The notes under the pieces: model-generated
Told to the model about the DNA's origin: nothing
Seen by the model: only the letters and a program-made list of their open reading frames with translations
Database searches by the model: none
Translations under genes and position numbers: made by a program
Source: an uncultured Planctomycetota bacterium
GTDB lineage: Bacteria; Planctomycetota; Planctomycetia; Isosphaerales; Isosphaeraceae
Direction: 5' to 3'
DNA: 64,000 bases
Assembly: GCA_963845755.1 (NCBI GenBank)
Contig: CAWJTV010000041.1
Coordinates: forward strand, 384,001-448,000
Shown here: piece after piece, positions 51,305 to 63,124 of the stretch
Position numbering within the stretch: position 1 is the first letter of the stretch
How the letters are laid out: every line of letters starts with the position of its first letter

Positions 51305-54070
51305 TCACGGAGTCTTCTCCAGCACAGTTCGACCTCCCGTGTTGCTCCTTCCGCCAGCGCGAACACCGCCGAGGTCTTCGACGCATAACCCTTGGCCTGG
51401 GCGGTGAGGTCAATTCCTGGTCCGGATACACCCCCTCGGATCGGAACCGGCCGTCTTCTTGCTCCTCGAAGCTGCAGTCCGAGCGCACCCCACCTTTGAG
51501 GAGCTACGGCCGCCACGCCCTTTGTCCTTGTTCGCGGTGTAGTTGGCCGAGACCTCAATGTTGACTGGCTTCGAGCCGTCCTTGGTCTTCACCTTCACGA
51601 CCACGGTCGGGGCCACGTAGCGGACGATCTCAATACCCTTGATGTCGTGGTCGAGCGTGCCGAGATGGAGGGATTCCAGTGTTGCTCAAGGAGGCATCCT
51701 TCGAGCGGCGGAATCGCAGGACATATGCTGGTTGGACTGGAAATCGAAAGCTGGGCCTCCTCTAAACCGTGCGGGGCCTGCAAGGTATAATCCCGTCCTC
51801 AATGGGCTGGACATCGGCACTCCAGTGGTCGCCATCGATCCTGCCGATGATGAACGCCTTGTGGCCCTTCGCCTTAGCCCCCTTGCTGTCATGAACCTGG
51901 GCCTCGACGACCACGTGTGGGACCGCTCTGATGACGATAACCTCCGGCGTCTCGCCGTCCTTGACAGTCAGTTTCTGGGCAGTGAAGACACCCGGCAGGG
52001 ACCGTCGGGGCATATCCTCCACATCGTTGCGCGTGGCGGGGTCCGAGCCCTGCTCGGTCAGATTGATCTCATAACGGCCGGCCGGCATGGAGGGGATCGT
52101 GAACGCGCCGTCCTCACCGGTCACGACCGTCCGGCAGATGTAGTCACCGGCGAAATCCAGTTCCTTTTCCTCCTCGAGCTCCCTCGTCCGGTCGCGGTCG
52201 GCCCGCACCTGGGCCCCGACGACCGGCTTACCTTGCGCGTCGAGCGCCTTGCCCTGGATCGTGTTCCCCGTCTCCAGCGCGATCGTCCCAAGGTCACCCC
52301 GCCGGCCGTTCTTCAGGACGTGGGTCGACAGGGCATATTCTCGGGGACAACCCAGAAGACCGCCGGGCCGGAAGGGAACAGGTCGAGCCGGAACCGGCCG
52401 TCTGCGTCGGTCGAGGTCCAGGTGAAGGCCCCCCACTCGTTCGGGTCCTTCCTCTTCATTCCGGGTTCGTGCAGAAGGCATTGATCCGGACCCCGGCGAC
52501 GGGCGTACCTTCCGGATTCACCAGCCGGCCCGCGACCGACGTGCCCGGCCGGAGCGCAATAGTCCTCGAAGAAGGGCCGGGCTCCCACTTTTTCGTTCCT
52601 TGCGATCGGGCCGTATCCGTTGGCGCCGTAATAAAAGACGTATCCCGGGTGGTTGACGTCGAGGTAGATGAAGAGCCAAGGTTTGGCCAACTGCTCGGGA
52701 GCGATGCTGAAGCGGTACCTCCCGTCGGAGTCGGTCTTTTGCCGGGTCTCCCTCAGGGTCTTCTCGGTGTGGGTCTTGTCATACTTGGAGATCCGGACGA
52801 AGCACCGAGGCGTCACGATCGGCTGGCCCGTGTCCTTGTCGGTGACCCGTCCCACATAGGTCTTCCAGCCTCGGCCTTCACCGAACGATCCGCCGGGGTG
52901 CTGTTCACTTTCGTTTCCTGGGTCGACGGGTTTCCGGCCTGGAGGGAGTCGGGCGGGCGGCCGCATCGAGCCGCAAGCCGGAGACCGCGGCGATCACGAC
53001 GACGGCGACCAGCGCCGGCGGCCAGGCTCCAGGCGTCCGGCAGCGACGCTCCCAGGGCTCGCGATCCTGCGAGAGCATGACGACCCGCCGATAGAGGTTC
53101 GACCGCCGGTCGCCGACGCCCAGGGCCGGGAGCGCCAATCCCGACTGCCTGGCCCGCGCGAGCCGGACGAGATAGGCGGCATAGTCCTCGGGCGAGCCGA
53201 TCGCCGCGGCCCGGTCGTCGGCCAGGTAGTCCTGGCAGAGCCGGAGCTGCCGCCGCAGCCACCAGAACAGCGGCTGGTAGAACAGACGACGCCGGCGACG
53301 GCGGCGAGGTTCCAGGCCCAGGCGTCGCGGCGCTCGACGTGCGACCACTCGTGTGCCAGGCCGTAGCTGCAGCGCGCCGCCTCGTCGCCGGTCGCAGAGC
53401 GTCCGCCGGCAGCGAGGATGACCGGGCCGGATCCAGGTGAAGGTGAACGGCAGCGCGATCCGGTCGCTACCAGCAGCCGGACCGCTTCGCCGGCCGGTCC
53501 CGCTGATGGTGAGGAACCGTCGCGGACGGCTCCGGGCGCCGGCCGTCGCCGCGCGGGTCACCCGCCACAGCAGGAGCTGCCCGAACAGCCACCACGCCGC
53601 CATCCCGGCCGCCGCGGCGAGGTACAGGCCCGGGACGAGGATCGGCCAGGAGACCGCGACGGTCGTCCGGGCCGCGGACGCGGCGCGCCCATCGCCTCGG
53701 TCTGTCATCGATCCGCGTGGCCTGGCGCTCGCCCGCTCGCGACAGAACGACCGCGGTTCCGCATGCCGATCTTCGGCCGGCCTTCCGATGCGATCGCAAC
53801 GACTTCCGCGTTCGCGGGCTGCGACAGACTTGCCCACCACGCGTTTCTACGGTCGGAGCCGGGAGCAGCCCGGCCGACCATCGCGGCAGCGACTGGGACC
53901 GTCATCAGCATCGCGACGGCCAGGCCCCCCAGGAGGGTCAGGACGAGAGCCGCGCCCGCCGCACCGGCTGCCGGCAGAGCCGCACCGCCAGGCCGCCCTG
54001 CGCGAGGACGATCAGACCCCCCGCGGCGGCGTTCGCCAGCCATCGCCCGGCGAGGATGTATCCATAGCAT
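51305..54070 (-). CDS. BlaR1/M56 metallopeptidase with carboxypeptidase-regulatory-like repeats, paralog 1 (many frameshifts)
   Basis: PLFWWLRRQLRLCQDYLADDRA, LYRRVVML, GRVTDKDTGQPI and TDSDGRY/TDADGRF. Confidence 0.82.
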
Positions 54071-54074
54071 GTCA

Positions 54075-54481
54075 TTACTCCTCCTCGGGCTCGGGTTCGT
54101 GCCCTTTCCCCGCGACCCCTTCCGCTTGCGGGCCTCGGCGATCAGCCGCTCCAGGTCCTTCAGCTCGTCGTCGCTCGCGTCCTTGGCCTGGAGCAGGCTC
54201 ACACCACCTGGTCCAGCGCCCCGTCGAACACCCGGTGCAAGACCCGCGAGGCCACCTTGTCCCGGCTGTAGACCGGCTCGTAGATGAACGTCCGCCCTTC
54301 GGCACGATGCCGCACCAGTCCCTTGTCTTCCATGATCCGCAGCAGCGTCTGCACCGTGTTGAACGCCAGCTCGCCGCCCGGACACATCCGCTCGTGCACC
54401 TCGCCGCACGCTCCCCGAGCCGATCGCCCAGAGCGCCTTGAGCACGTCCATCTCCCGCTCGCTCGGCACCACCTCGGCCAA
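54075..54481 (-). CDS. BlaI/MecI/CopY family repressor (frameshifts)
   Basis: SEREMDVLKALW, LAFNTVQTLLRIMEDKGLV, GRTFIY and VFDGA. Confidence 0.9.
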
Positions 54482-54510
54482 ACGCCACCCCCTTCCGCGA
54501 ACCGCTACAT

Positions 54511-54531
54511 ACCTAACTTATTAAGTTAGGT
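54511..54531. promoter_or_regulatory. Perfect palindrome, putative BlaI-family operator
   Basis: ACCTAACTTA-T-TAAGTTAGGT; an AT-rich dyad 30 bp upstream of the repressor start. Confidence 0.8.
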
Positions 54532-54699
54532 GAAGGATATCCTCGGCTCGGCAGGCGGTCAAGGGAGGGATCCCGAAATCTTATTGAGCGATTCGGACAA
54601 TGTTCGTCGCGATCAGGATCGATTGGCGGCCACTTCGGGTCTGCTGTAGAATGTGTAGGGGTCGGCGACGCCCAAAGTCGCGAGGGGAGGGAACCAGCG

Positions 54700-55050
54700 A
54701 TGCCCACGAAACGCGATCCGAAGAAGAAATCTTCCAAGCAGCCCGGCACCAAACGTGGTGCAAATGGTCGGGGCGTCGCCGTTGCCGAGGCGAGGGTCTC
54801 CGCACTGCCCGATGTCACCGGCGACACCACGCTCGATCGCGAGGTCGATTATTATCTCGCGCACCTGCCTGAGTGGTCCGGGCACGAGGGACAGCACGTC
54901 CTGATCCACGGCGCAGAACCATTCGGCTTCTTCGCGACACGCGATGCTGCACTGCAAGAAGGGCTCCGGCGGTTTGGTTGGGTTCCCTTCTTGGTCAAGC
55001 AAGTCCAGCGCGACGAAGAGCCGATCCAACTGGGCAGAGTGATCTTCTGA
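54700..55050 (+). CDS. Small hypothetical protein (DUF5678-like)
   Basis: REVDYYLAHLPEW...EGQHVLIHG...FATRDAALQEG...FLVKQV. GGAGG RBS. Confidence 0.7.
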   Translation: MPTKRDPKKKSSKQPGTKRGANGRGVAVAEARVSALPDVTGDTTLDREVDYYLAHLPEWSGHEGQHVLIHGAEPFGFFATRDAALQEGLRRFGWVPFLVKQVQRDEEPIQLGRVIF

Positions 55051-55540
55051 TGCCGCGTCTTCAGAGTCGGATTGACCTGGACGGGGCGATCATCGCTGTT
55101 CGAATCGAACTGGGAACAACCGCGGAGGCATTTCTTCGCGCGGCGGGCCGGTCCGTCCCGCCACCATTTCCGACCACGGCTCTGATCGACACAGGGGCGT
55201 CGCATACCGTGGTCCACCCGATGATTCTCGATCACTTCGGGGCCCCTATAGCGCGCGAGGTTGGGTGAGCGTGCCGGGCCAGCCTGAGGCGATTCTGAAT
55301 CATTATGATGTGAGAATCATCCTAGGAGTCCACCGTCCCGCGTTCGAAGCTCAGGCCGTCAAGCTCGCGCCGGCGACTCACACCGTAGCGGTCCTCATCG
55401 GCCGTGATATTCTGAAACAGGGAACCCTCCTGTTCGACGGCCAGAACGAAACCTTAAGCTTCTGGTTCCGATGGCGAACATGGAAGAAGAGGATCGAGGT
55501 CTTGCAACTACCCCCTGAACCGAGTGAGCGATCACCATGA
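55050..55540 (+). CDS. Retropepsin-like aspartic protease (frameshift near 55265)
   Basis: ALIDTGAS and VLIGRDIL; TGATG overlap with the upstream gene. Confidence 0.82.
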
Positions 55541-57349
55541 CAGATTGGATTCGTCGTGCGATGTTGCCGATCCTGTTGTGGGCCGTCTTGCCGGCGGCCG
55601 TGGCCCGCGCAGGCCGACTCAAAAGACTGGCCGATGTACAACCGCGACGTGCTCGGCACGCGGTACAACCCGGGCGAGACGGCGATCGGCCGAGATAACG
55701 CCGGCCGGCTCGAGGAGAAATGGCGGTTCCCGGCGAAGGGCTCGGACCTGGAAATCGGGGTCATCCATGCCACGCCGACGGTGGTGGATGGCTATGTCTA
55801 TTTCGGTACGGCCACGGATCCCACCTTCTACAAGTTGTCGCCCGACGGAAAAGTGCGCTGGTCGTATCGCAATCCGGCCCGGGCGAAGAGGACCGCCCAG
55901 TCCAAGGCGGCGGGACCGTCGGGGCCGTCGCACGACTTCCGCTTCCAGTCCTCCGCCGAGGGGATCATGATCTCCGCGCTGGTCACCGAGGACTCGGTCT
56001 ATTTCGGCGACCTCGGGGGCTGGTTCTATGCACTGGACCGCGCGACGGGAGCCGAGCGATGGAAGATCAACGCGCGCGGCAAGGAGTTTCCCGGCGCCCA
56101 TCCGATCAACCTCTTCTTCGCCTCGCCGATCCTGGTCGACGGCAAGATCATCACCGGCGGCGGGGCGCTGGAGCAACTCTTATCCGGCGGGGTCTTCTAT
56201 CGCGGCTCGACCGGCCGGGGATTCATCCTGGCCCTGGAGCCCAAGACCGGCAAGATCGCATGGAAGTACGACCTCGGCCCCAAGCCCGAGCCCTTCGATC
56301 CACCCGTCGTGATCAAGGATAGCTGGGGCAACCACACGTTCTACTTCGGACCGGCGACGAGCTCGATCTGGAGCACCCCCTCTTACGACGCGGAATCGGG
56401 CACGATCTTCTTCGGCACCGATGTGAATACCGCTCCCCGGCGGCCGACCGCTGACGACCCCAACCTGCATACGCGCGAGTCGTGCGCCGTGGTCGCGCTG
56501 GACGTTCAGACCGGGAAAGAGCGATGGGTCACCCAGATCAACCCCGGCGACGTCTGGACGAACTCGATGCGGGCTTATGACCCCAAGGAAGGCCGTTACA
56601 AGGACAACTCGATCGGAGACACGCCCAAGATTTACACGATCACGGTGGACGGCCAGCCGGTCAAGGTGGTCGGAGTGGGGTGCAAGAACGGCGGATTTTA
56701 CGTGCTGAGAGCTTCCGACGGTCGCCTCGTGGATCACACGCCGATCTACAGCGGCCCGCCATCGTATCCCCTCTCGCCAACCCCGGACCGGCGGATGCTC
56801 GCCCCGCCGAGCTGTATCGGCGGACTCCAGACGGGCTGTGCCACCGACGGCAAGACGATCTTCACCAACGGCATCGAGGCGCTCCAGTTGATGACGTCGG
56901 AGCGGCCGGTCGGCGGCGGAGTGCCGCCGACGGGCGGGCGGGTGGTCGCCATCAGCCTGGACACGCGAACCGAACGCTGGCGGCACGAGCGGCCCAAGGT
57001 CGCCTCGCTCGGCGGCCCGCCGCCGAAACCGGTCTACACCAACGTGGGCGACCCGGTCGCCTCCGGGATCGCGGTCGCCAACGGGGTCGTCTACTTCACA
57101 ACCGTCGCCAGCGGGAAGCTGGTCGCGCTCGACGCCGCCACCGGCTCGCTCCTCAAGGAGCTCGACCTCGGACCAGTCTGGTCGGGCCCCTCGGTCTCGC
57201 GCGGTCGCGTCTACGTCGGCACGGGCAATACCTTGTTCACGCCTTCCGATGGTGAGGCGTTCTTCCCCAAGAAGTTCACGGGTGTCCTGTACTCGTTCGG
57301 CCTGCCGGGCGAGGATGAGGTTAGCCGTCTGGGTGCCGGGAAGGAGTGA
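55537..57349 (+). CDS. PQQ-binding-like beta-propeller protein (N-terminal frameshift)
   Basis: DWPMYNRD, repeated ALDxxTGxxxW motifs and IWSTP; signal peptide MTDWIRRAML in another frame. Confidence 0.85.
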
Positions 57350-57468
57350 TTGAGGGACTCAAATCCCCCATCCTGCGCGCCACCTGGCCGATTCCTCGGG
57401 TCGATGAAACCGGCTCGGTCACGATGGCCTCCATTGCGATCGCACCTTGCTATCGATCCTCGAGGGCT

Positions 57469-58015
57469 TCAGCCGAGTCGATCGAGGTGCTTGAGGGCCT
57501 CGCGCCACATCTGGGTCGAACTCGTCCGGGGAGTCCCTGGCGGGGTTCACCAGGCGATCGAAGAACTGGGCGAGGGTGAGGTGGCCCGTCGAGCCGGGCC
57601 ACGAGCCGTCGTAGGCCAGAGCGGTATTGTCGGCATCCCAGAGATCGCCGCCATCGGAGTCGTACAGGAGCACGGCGTCTCGGTCGGCGTCCCAGATGAG
57701 GGTGTGGCCATATTCATTGTGGCCGAGCACAAGCCAGAGGCCCTTCTGTGGCAGCTCTTCGGAGCCCATCGACTCAAGCCAGTCTGCGGTCGCCGCGGTC
57801 TCGGCCGCCAGCTCGTCGCACGATAGGAATGAGTAAGCCCCGATCCGGCCACCATCGCAGGCCGCGTAGAAATCCTGGAGGTGCGGACTCGTGGGCAGAC
57901 CTGCCGGCCAGGGGTCGCCGGAGGGCGGGTTGGCCTCGAAGCAATCGCGGTAAGGTTCGGGGAGCGTCGGGCCGTGGTTCCGCAACGTCTCGATGGTCGA
58001 TCGCAAGGAACGCAT
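57469..58015 (-). CDS. SMI1/KNR4 (SUKH)-like protein, C-terminal frameshift
   Basis: HLQDFYAACDGG, LVLGHNEYGHTLIWD and TLAQFFDRL. Confidence 0.6.
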
Positions 58016-58242
58016 CGATCTGGTCTCCTCGAGGCGAGTTCCGAGTGGACGTGTGACGTGGCTCATCAAAGAACCGGCTGCCCGGTTCTTTCACACCAAG
58101 GTTACATCGGCCACGATTCGCAATCCATCCTCTCGGCAGGCTCTTCGTCGCTGATCTGAAACTTTCAGGCTGTTCTAGGGTTCCATTGGTGGAGAGTTCG
58201 CGTTCGGGGGTGTCAGGTTGTCTCCTTGTGTGGAGTCCTTTC

Positions 58243-59780
58243 ATGAGGCGTCTTGTCGGCATCCTGTCGGTATGGTGGTTGCTGGGCCCGGGCGTGGTCC
58301 GGGCGGAAGTGCCGACGTATAACAAGGATATCGCGCCGATCCTCTGGAAGAACTGTGCCGGCTGCCACCGGCCCGGCGAGATCGGACCGTTCTCACTCTT
58401 GACCTACCGGGACGCCGCCAAGCGGGCGAGCTTCCTCGCCGAGATCACCGAAAGCCGTCGGATGCCGCCCTGGAAGCCCGAGCCGGGCTTCGGCGCGTTC
58501 CACGACGAGCGGCGCTTGAGCGATCAGGAGATTCGGAAGATTGCCGACTGGGTCGAGGCCGATTCCCCCGAAGGCGATGCGAAGGATTTGCCCCCTGCTC
58601 CCAAGTTCCCGGACGGCTGGCAACTCGGCACGCCCGACCTGGTGCTCAAGGTTCCCGAACCATTTCGTATCCCGGCTGGTGGCCGTGACATCTACCGATG
58701 CTTCGTGATCCCGATCCCGACCGATTCGAACCGCACGGTCGCTGCCGTCGAGTTCCGCCCGGGGAACCGGAGGGTTGTGCATCATGCCCTGCTCTTCCTC
58801 GACAATACCGGCGCCGCCCGAGCGAAGGATGAGGCCGAATCCGGCCCCGGCTATGCGAGTTTCGGCGGTCCCGGCATCGTGCCGACCGGCGGTCTCGGCG
58901 GCTGGGCACCTGGCGCGATGCCCCGGCTCCTCCCCGACGGTATCGGCAGGTTCCTCCGCAAGGGGAGCGACCTAGTCCTTCAGATTCATTACCACCCCGA
59001 CGGCAAGCCCGAGACCGACCAGTCGGTCGTCGGCGTCTATTTCACCAAGACGCCGGCTCGTACGATCGTCGTCGGCATCGCCGTGCGGACCCGAGATCTC
59101 GATATCCCGGCCGGAGAGCCGCGCTATCATGTCACCGCGCAAAGTGAGCCGCTGCCGGCCGAAGTCCGGGCCATCGGCATCACGCCGCACATGCACTACA
59201 TCGGCAAGGAGATGAAGGTGGTCGCCCAGGCACCCGACGGCAAGACCATTCCACTGATCTGGATCAAGGACTGGGACTTCAACTGGCAGGGCCAGTACCA
59301 GTTCCAAACGCCCGTCCGGTTGGCCAAAGGGTCGGTCATCAAGCTGGACGCTTATTACGATAACTCCCCGGACAACCCCCGGAACCCCAGTCGCCCGCCG
59401 AAGCGCGTCCGCTGGGGCGAGCAGACGACCGACGAGATGTGCCTGCTGGGCGTCCAGGTGGTGACCGACAGCCTGGCCGACCTACGCAAGATCATCGCGA
59501 TGCGCGGCAATCGCCTGGGAGCGGCCCTCGTCGGAGGTGCCGGAGCCGACGAGGAAGCCGCCACGCGTCTGACGCCCGCTGCCCGGCACGACTCGCCGCC
59601 GGACCCGTCCCGATCCCCGAGCGATTCAAGGGCGCGCTGGGCCGGTTCGACAAGAACGTGGACGGCAAGCTCTCTCGAGAGGAGATCGACGCCATGCCCG
59701 AGGGCCTCCGCAATCGTGTCCGCCAGGCCATCCAGCGCCGCATCGGGGACGATGGAGGCAGGCCGGGATCAAATCCTTAG
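58243..59780 (+). CDS. Cytochrome c + Cu type II ascorbate-dependent monooxygenase-like protein with C-terminal EF-hand (frameshift near 59575)
   Basis: CAGCH, VVHH, LQIHY, PHMH and TTDEMC; FDKNVDGKLSREE in a second frame. Confidence 0.87.
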
Positions 59781-59793
59781 GGCGAGATCGCTA

Positions 59794-61882
59794 TCATTTC
59801 AGCTCGTTCCAGAGGAACGTATATGCCAGCGCTTCCATGAACGCTTCCTGCTTGTTGTCGGCGGCGGCGGCGTGGCCGCCCTCGATGTTCTCGTAGTAGA
59901 TCACGTCGTGGCCCTGCTCCTTCATCTTGGCGACCATCTTGCGCGCGTGGCCTGGATGGACGCGGTCGTCTCGGGTCGAGGTCGTGAAGAGCGTGCGGGG
60001 ATACTTCGTTAACTTCGCGACGTTGTGATAGGGTGAAAACGTGCGGATGAAGGTCCACTCTTCGGGAATGTCGGGGTTGCCGTATTCGCCCATCCAGCTC
60101 GCTCCGGCGAGGAGATGGTTGTACCGTTTCATGTCGAGCAAGGGAGAACCGCAGACGATCGCACCGAAGAGGTCGGGCCGACGGGTGAGCATGTTGCCCA
60201 TCAGCAGGCCGCCATTGCTCCGGCCGGTGGCGCCCAGGTGGGAGGGCGTGGTCACCTTGCAGCGGATGAGGTCCTCGCCAACGGCGATGAAGTCCTCGTA
60301 GGCCTTGTGCCGGTTCGCCTTGAGCGCCGCGCGGTGCCATTTCGGGCCGAACTCGCCGCCGCCGCGGATGTTGGCGACGACGTACACGCCCCCCTTCTCC
60401 AGCCATGCGGTGCCGATGGTCGGTCGATAGGCGGGACGCATGGGGATCTCGAAACCGCCGTAGCCGTAGAGCAAGGTCGGGTTCTTGCCGTCGAGGGCGA
60501 GGTCCTTGCGCGCGACCTGGAAATAAGGGATCTTGGTCCCGTCCTGTGAGACGGCTTCGTGCTGCGAGACGGCCAGGCCTTCGGCGTTGAAGAGCGCGGG
60601 GAGCTGCTTGAGCTGCACGGACGGATGGCCGCCCGCTCTGCCGATCGCCAGGGTATTGGGGGTCAGGAAATCGGCGGTCTCCAGGAAATAATCGTCGGAG
60701 TCTTCCGGATCGACCGCATGGGCGGCGGCCTCGCCGAACTCGGCCAGGCCCGGTAGCGGCTCTCGGACCCATCGGCCGTCGCGATGCGTCAAGACCTCGA
60801 TGCGGCTCCGCACGTTGTCCAGCTCGTTAAGCAGGATATGATGACGCGTCGGGCTGTACCGGGCGAGCGACTTCCGCTCGGTCGGCTCGAACAGGATGTC
60901 GAACGCGCGGTCTCCCTTGAGGAACGCCTCGAGGTTGATCGCAATGAGCCCACCGGCGGGATACGTCTTGCCACCGACGGTCCAATCCGATCGCAGATGG
61001 AGCAGCAGCCACTCACGATGCAGGCCGAACCGGGCGTCATCGGGCTTCTCGATCTTCACGAGCTTCCCATCGCGCCGGAGGAAACACTCGGAGGTCCAGA
61101 AGGTCGGCGTGCGGACGACGACGTCGCGCTCGAACCCGGGCGTGAGGTCGCGGTGGGCCGAGACGCCCATGTCGGTGGGCCGGCCCTCGAAGACGACGGT
61201 CGCCTCGGCCAGCGGCGTTCCCCGGCTCCACTCCTTGACGATCCGCGGATAGCCGGACTCCGTCAGCGAGCCCGGCCCGAAGTCGGTGCCCACGAAGACA
61301 CTGTTATCCCTGCGCCAGGCGAGCCGGCTCTTGGCCTCGGGAAGCGTGTAACCATCCTTGACGAACGACTTGGTCTCGAGGTTGAACTCGCGGACCACGG
61401 CCGCATCGGCGCCGCCGCGCGAGAGCGAGACCAGGGCGACCTTGTACTCGGGCCGCAGCGCTTCGGGCGCCGTGCCAGACCCAGTTCTCCCCTTCCCGAC
61501 CGGACAGTGCATCCAGGTCCAGCACGAGTTCCCAGTTGGGCTTGTCCTTGCGGTATTCCTCCAGCGAGGTTCGCCGCCAGAGGCCTCGCGGGTTCTTCGC
61601 ATCTCGCCAGAAGTTGTAATAGAATCTGCCCTGCTTGCCGATGGCCGGAATCCGTGCATCGGAGTCGAGGATCTCCCGGAGCCGGTGTTCCAGGGCACGG
61701 AACCGGTCGGACTGGGCGAGCTCGCCAGTACTCTCGATGTTCCGCTCCTTGACCCAGGCCAGAGGCTTGGCGCCGGCGACCTCTTCCAGCCACTGATAGG
61801 GGTCGTCGCGCCCATCACCGGTATCCGATGCGAAGGAGCCCAGCAGGGTTGCCAGGGCCCAGGGCAGCAGTAGGACAGTCAT
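59794..61882 (-). CDS. Prolyl oligopeptidase (S9A), frameshift near 61470
   Basis: DPYQWLEE, YGYGGF, NIRGGGEFG, GRSNGG, DDRV and GGH. Confidence 0.93.
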
Positions 61883-62074
61883 CGTAATCTCCTCGAAGCC
61901 GACGCGGGTTGTCTCATGGCTGACGGAATCGTCCGTGAGCCAGTGGATGTCAGTTATAACGCAATTCCCGTAGAATGGTAGGATGTTGGCGATACCCCGA
62001 GGTCATGGCGCAAGAGACGGCGGCCGATGCCCCCGAACCGCGGTGAGCGGGGTGACCTCCGGAGCCGGCAAGCC

Positions 62075-63016
62075 ATGGAAACGAGCTGCGTCAACTTTTC
62101 TCGGGATTATGTCGGATCGCCCTGTATCGTCGCGCTGGATCATGAACATTGCGTGGTCGCCGATGCGACCGGCCACCTCACGGTCATCAACCTGATCACG
62201 AAGGGCATCCTCTCCCGCACGTTCGTGGGGATCGCGGGAGGCCACACCTCATGCCATCTCCGCTCATTGCGTGCCGGGCCGCGGGGATCGAGGACGGTCG
62301 CGGTCGCCACGCGGGGCGGATATGCGGCGGTCGTGAACTTCGGCCGTCAGGTCGTGGAGAAGATCTATCCGCAACAGGGTGGCTCGGTCAATGCGGTGGC
62401 CCTTTCACCGGATGGCCAGCTCCTGGCCATTGGCACGGGCCATTATCCTCCGTCGGGCGACTCACCGCCGTCCCGTCTGGAGCTCTGGGTCCTCCCGGCC
62501 TGGGGCGAGCCGCAGTACCGGTCCTTCGCGGCGTTGCCGGGCGTTTGCATCGATGCGATCGCCTGGAGCCGTGATGGCTATCTGATCGCCTGTGCAAACG
62601 GCCTGCGTTCGCAGAAGGGCGGCACCCTCGCACAATTCGATGCGTCACAACTTCGTCCGGTCTCGTTCTTCGACACCGCGTGGTGCCAGTCGGGGCGACT
62701 CGACTATCTGAACCGGGGATCGCCGAACAGCCACCTGGCCGTCGTATTTCGCGGCGGGTTTCGCGTCCTCGATGCCTGGGATGGGAAGGAAGCCTGGCGG
62801 GTGGATTCCACCGAAGTGCCCGACCTACTCCAGGACTTTGATCATGATCCGGAGAACCAGGAGCTCGTGCTGACCAGCGGCGTGATTCTCGACACATTCG
62901 ACGGCACGCAGAAGAAGCACTTCCTCGCGATGAAGGACTGCACGTCGATCGCCATCCGGCCGGGAGCGGGATACCTCGGCGCATCGAACCGCGGCCGAGT
63001 CTACTGCTGGGACTGA
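62075..63016 (+). CDS. WD40-like beta-propeller protein
   Basis: VNAVALSPDGQLLAIG, IDAIAWSRDG and C-terminal VYCWD. Confidence 0.75.
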   Translation: METSCVNFSRDYVGSPCIVALDHEHCVVADATGHLTVINLITKGILSRTFVGIAGGHTSCHLRSLRAGPRGSRTVAVATRGGYAAVVNFGRQVVEKIYPQQGGSVNAVALSPDGQLLAIGTGHYPPSGDSPPSRLELWVLPAWGEPQYRSFAALPGVCIDAIAWSRDGYLIACANGLRSQKGGTLAQFDASQLRPVSFFDTAWCQSGRLDYLNRGSPNSHLAVVFRGGFRVLDAWDGKEAWRVDSTEVPDLLQDFDHDPENQELVLTSGVILDTFDGTQKKHFLAMKDCTSIAIRPGAGYLGASNRGRVYCWD

Positions 63017-63124
63017 AATGGCTCGCTCGGGACCGACGATTGCAGGGTGCTTTGTGAGCACCGGTCGTTCTCGACACGAGGATTCGGTGCTCGGAGAGCA
63101 TCCTACAAGTTGCCCAGAAGCGGG

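Noticed and set aside
57469..58015. SMI1/KNR4 gene as part of a polymorphic toxin locus
   Set aside because: No adjacent toxin or secretion genes; appears to be an orphan.
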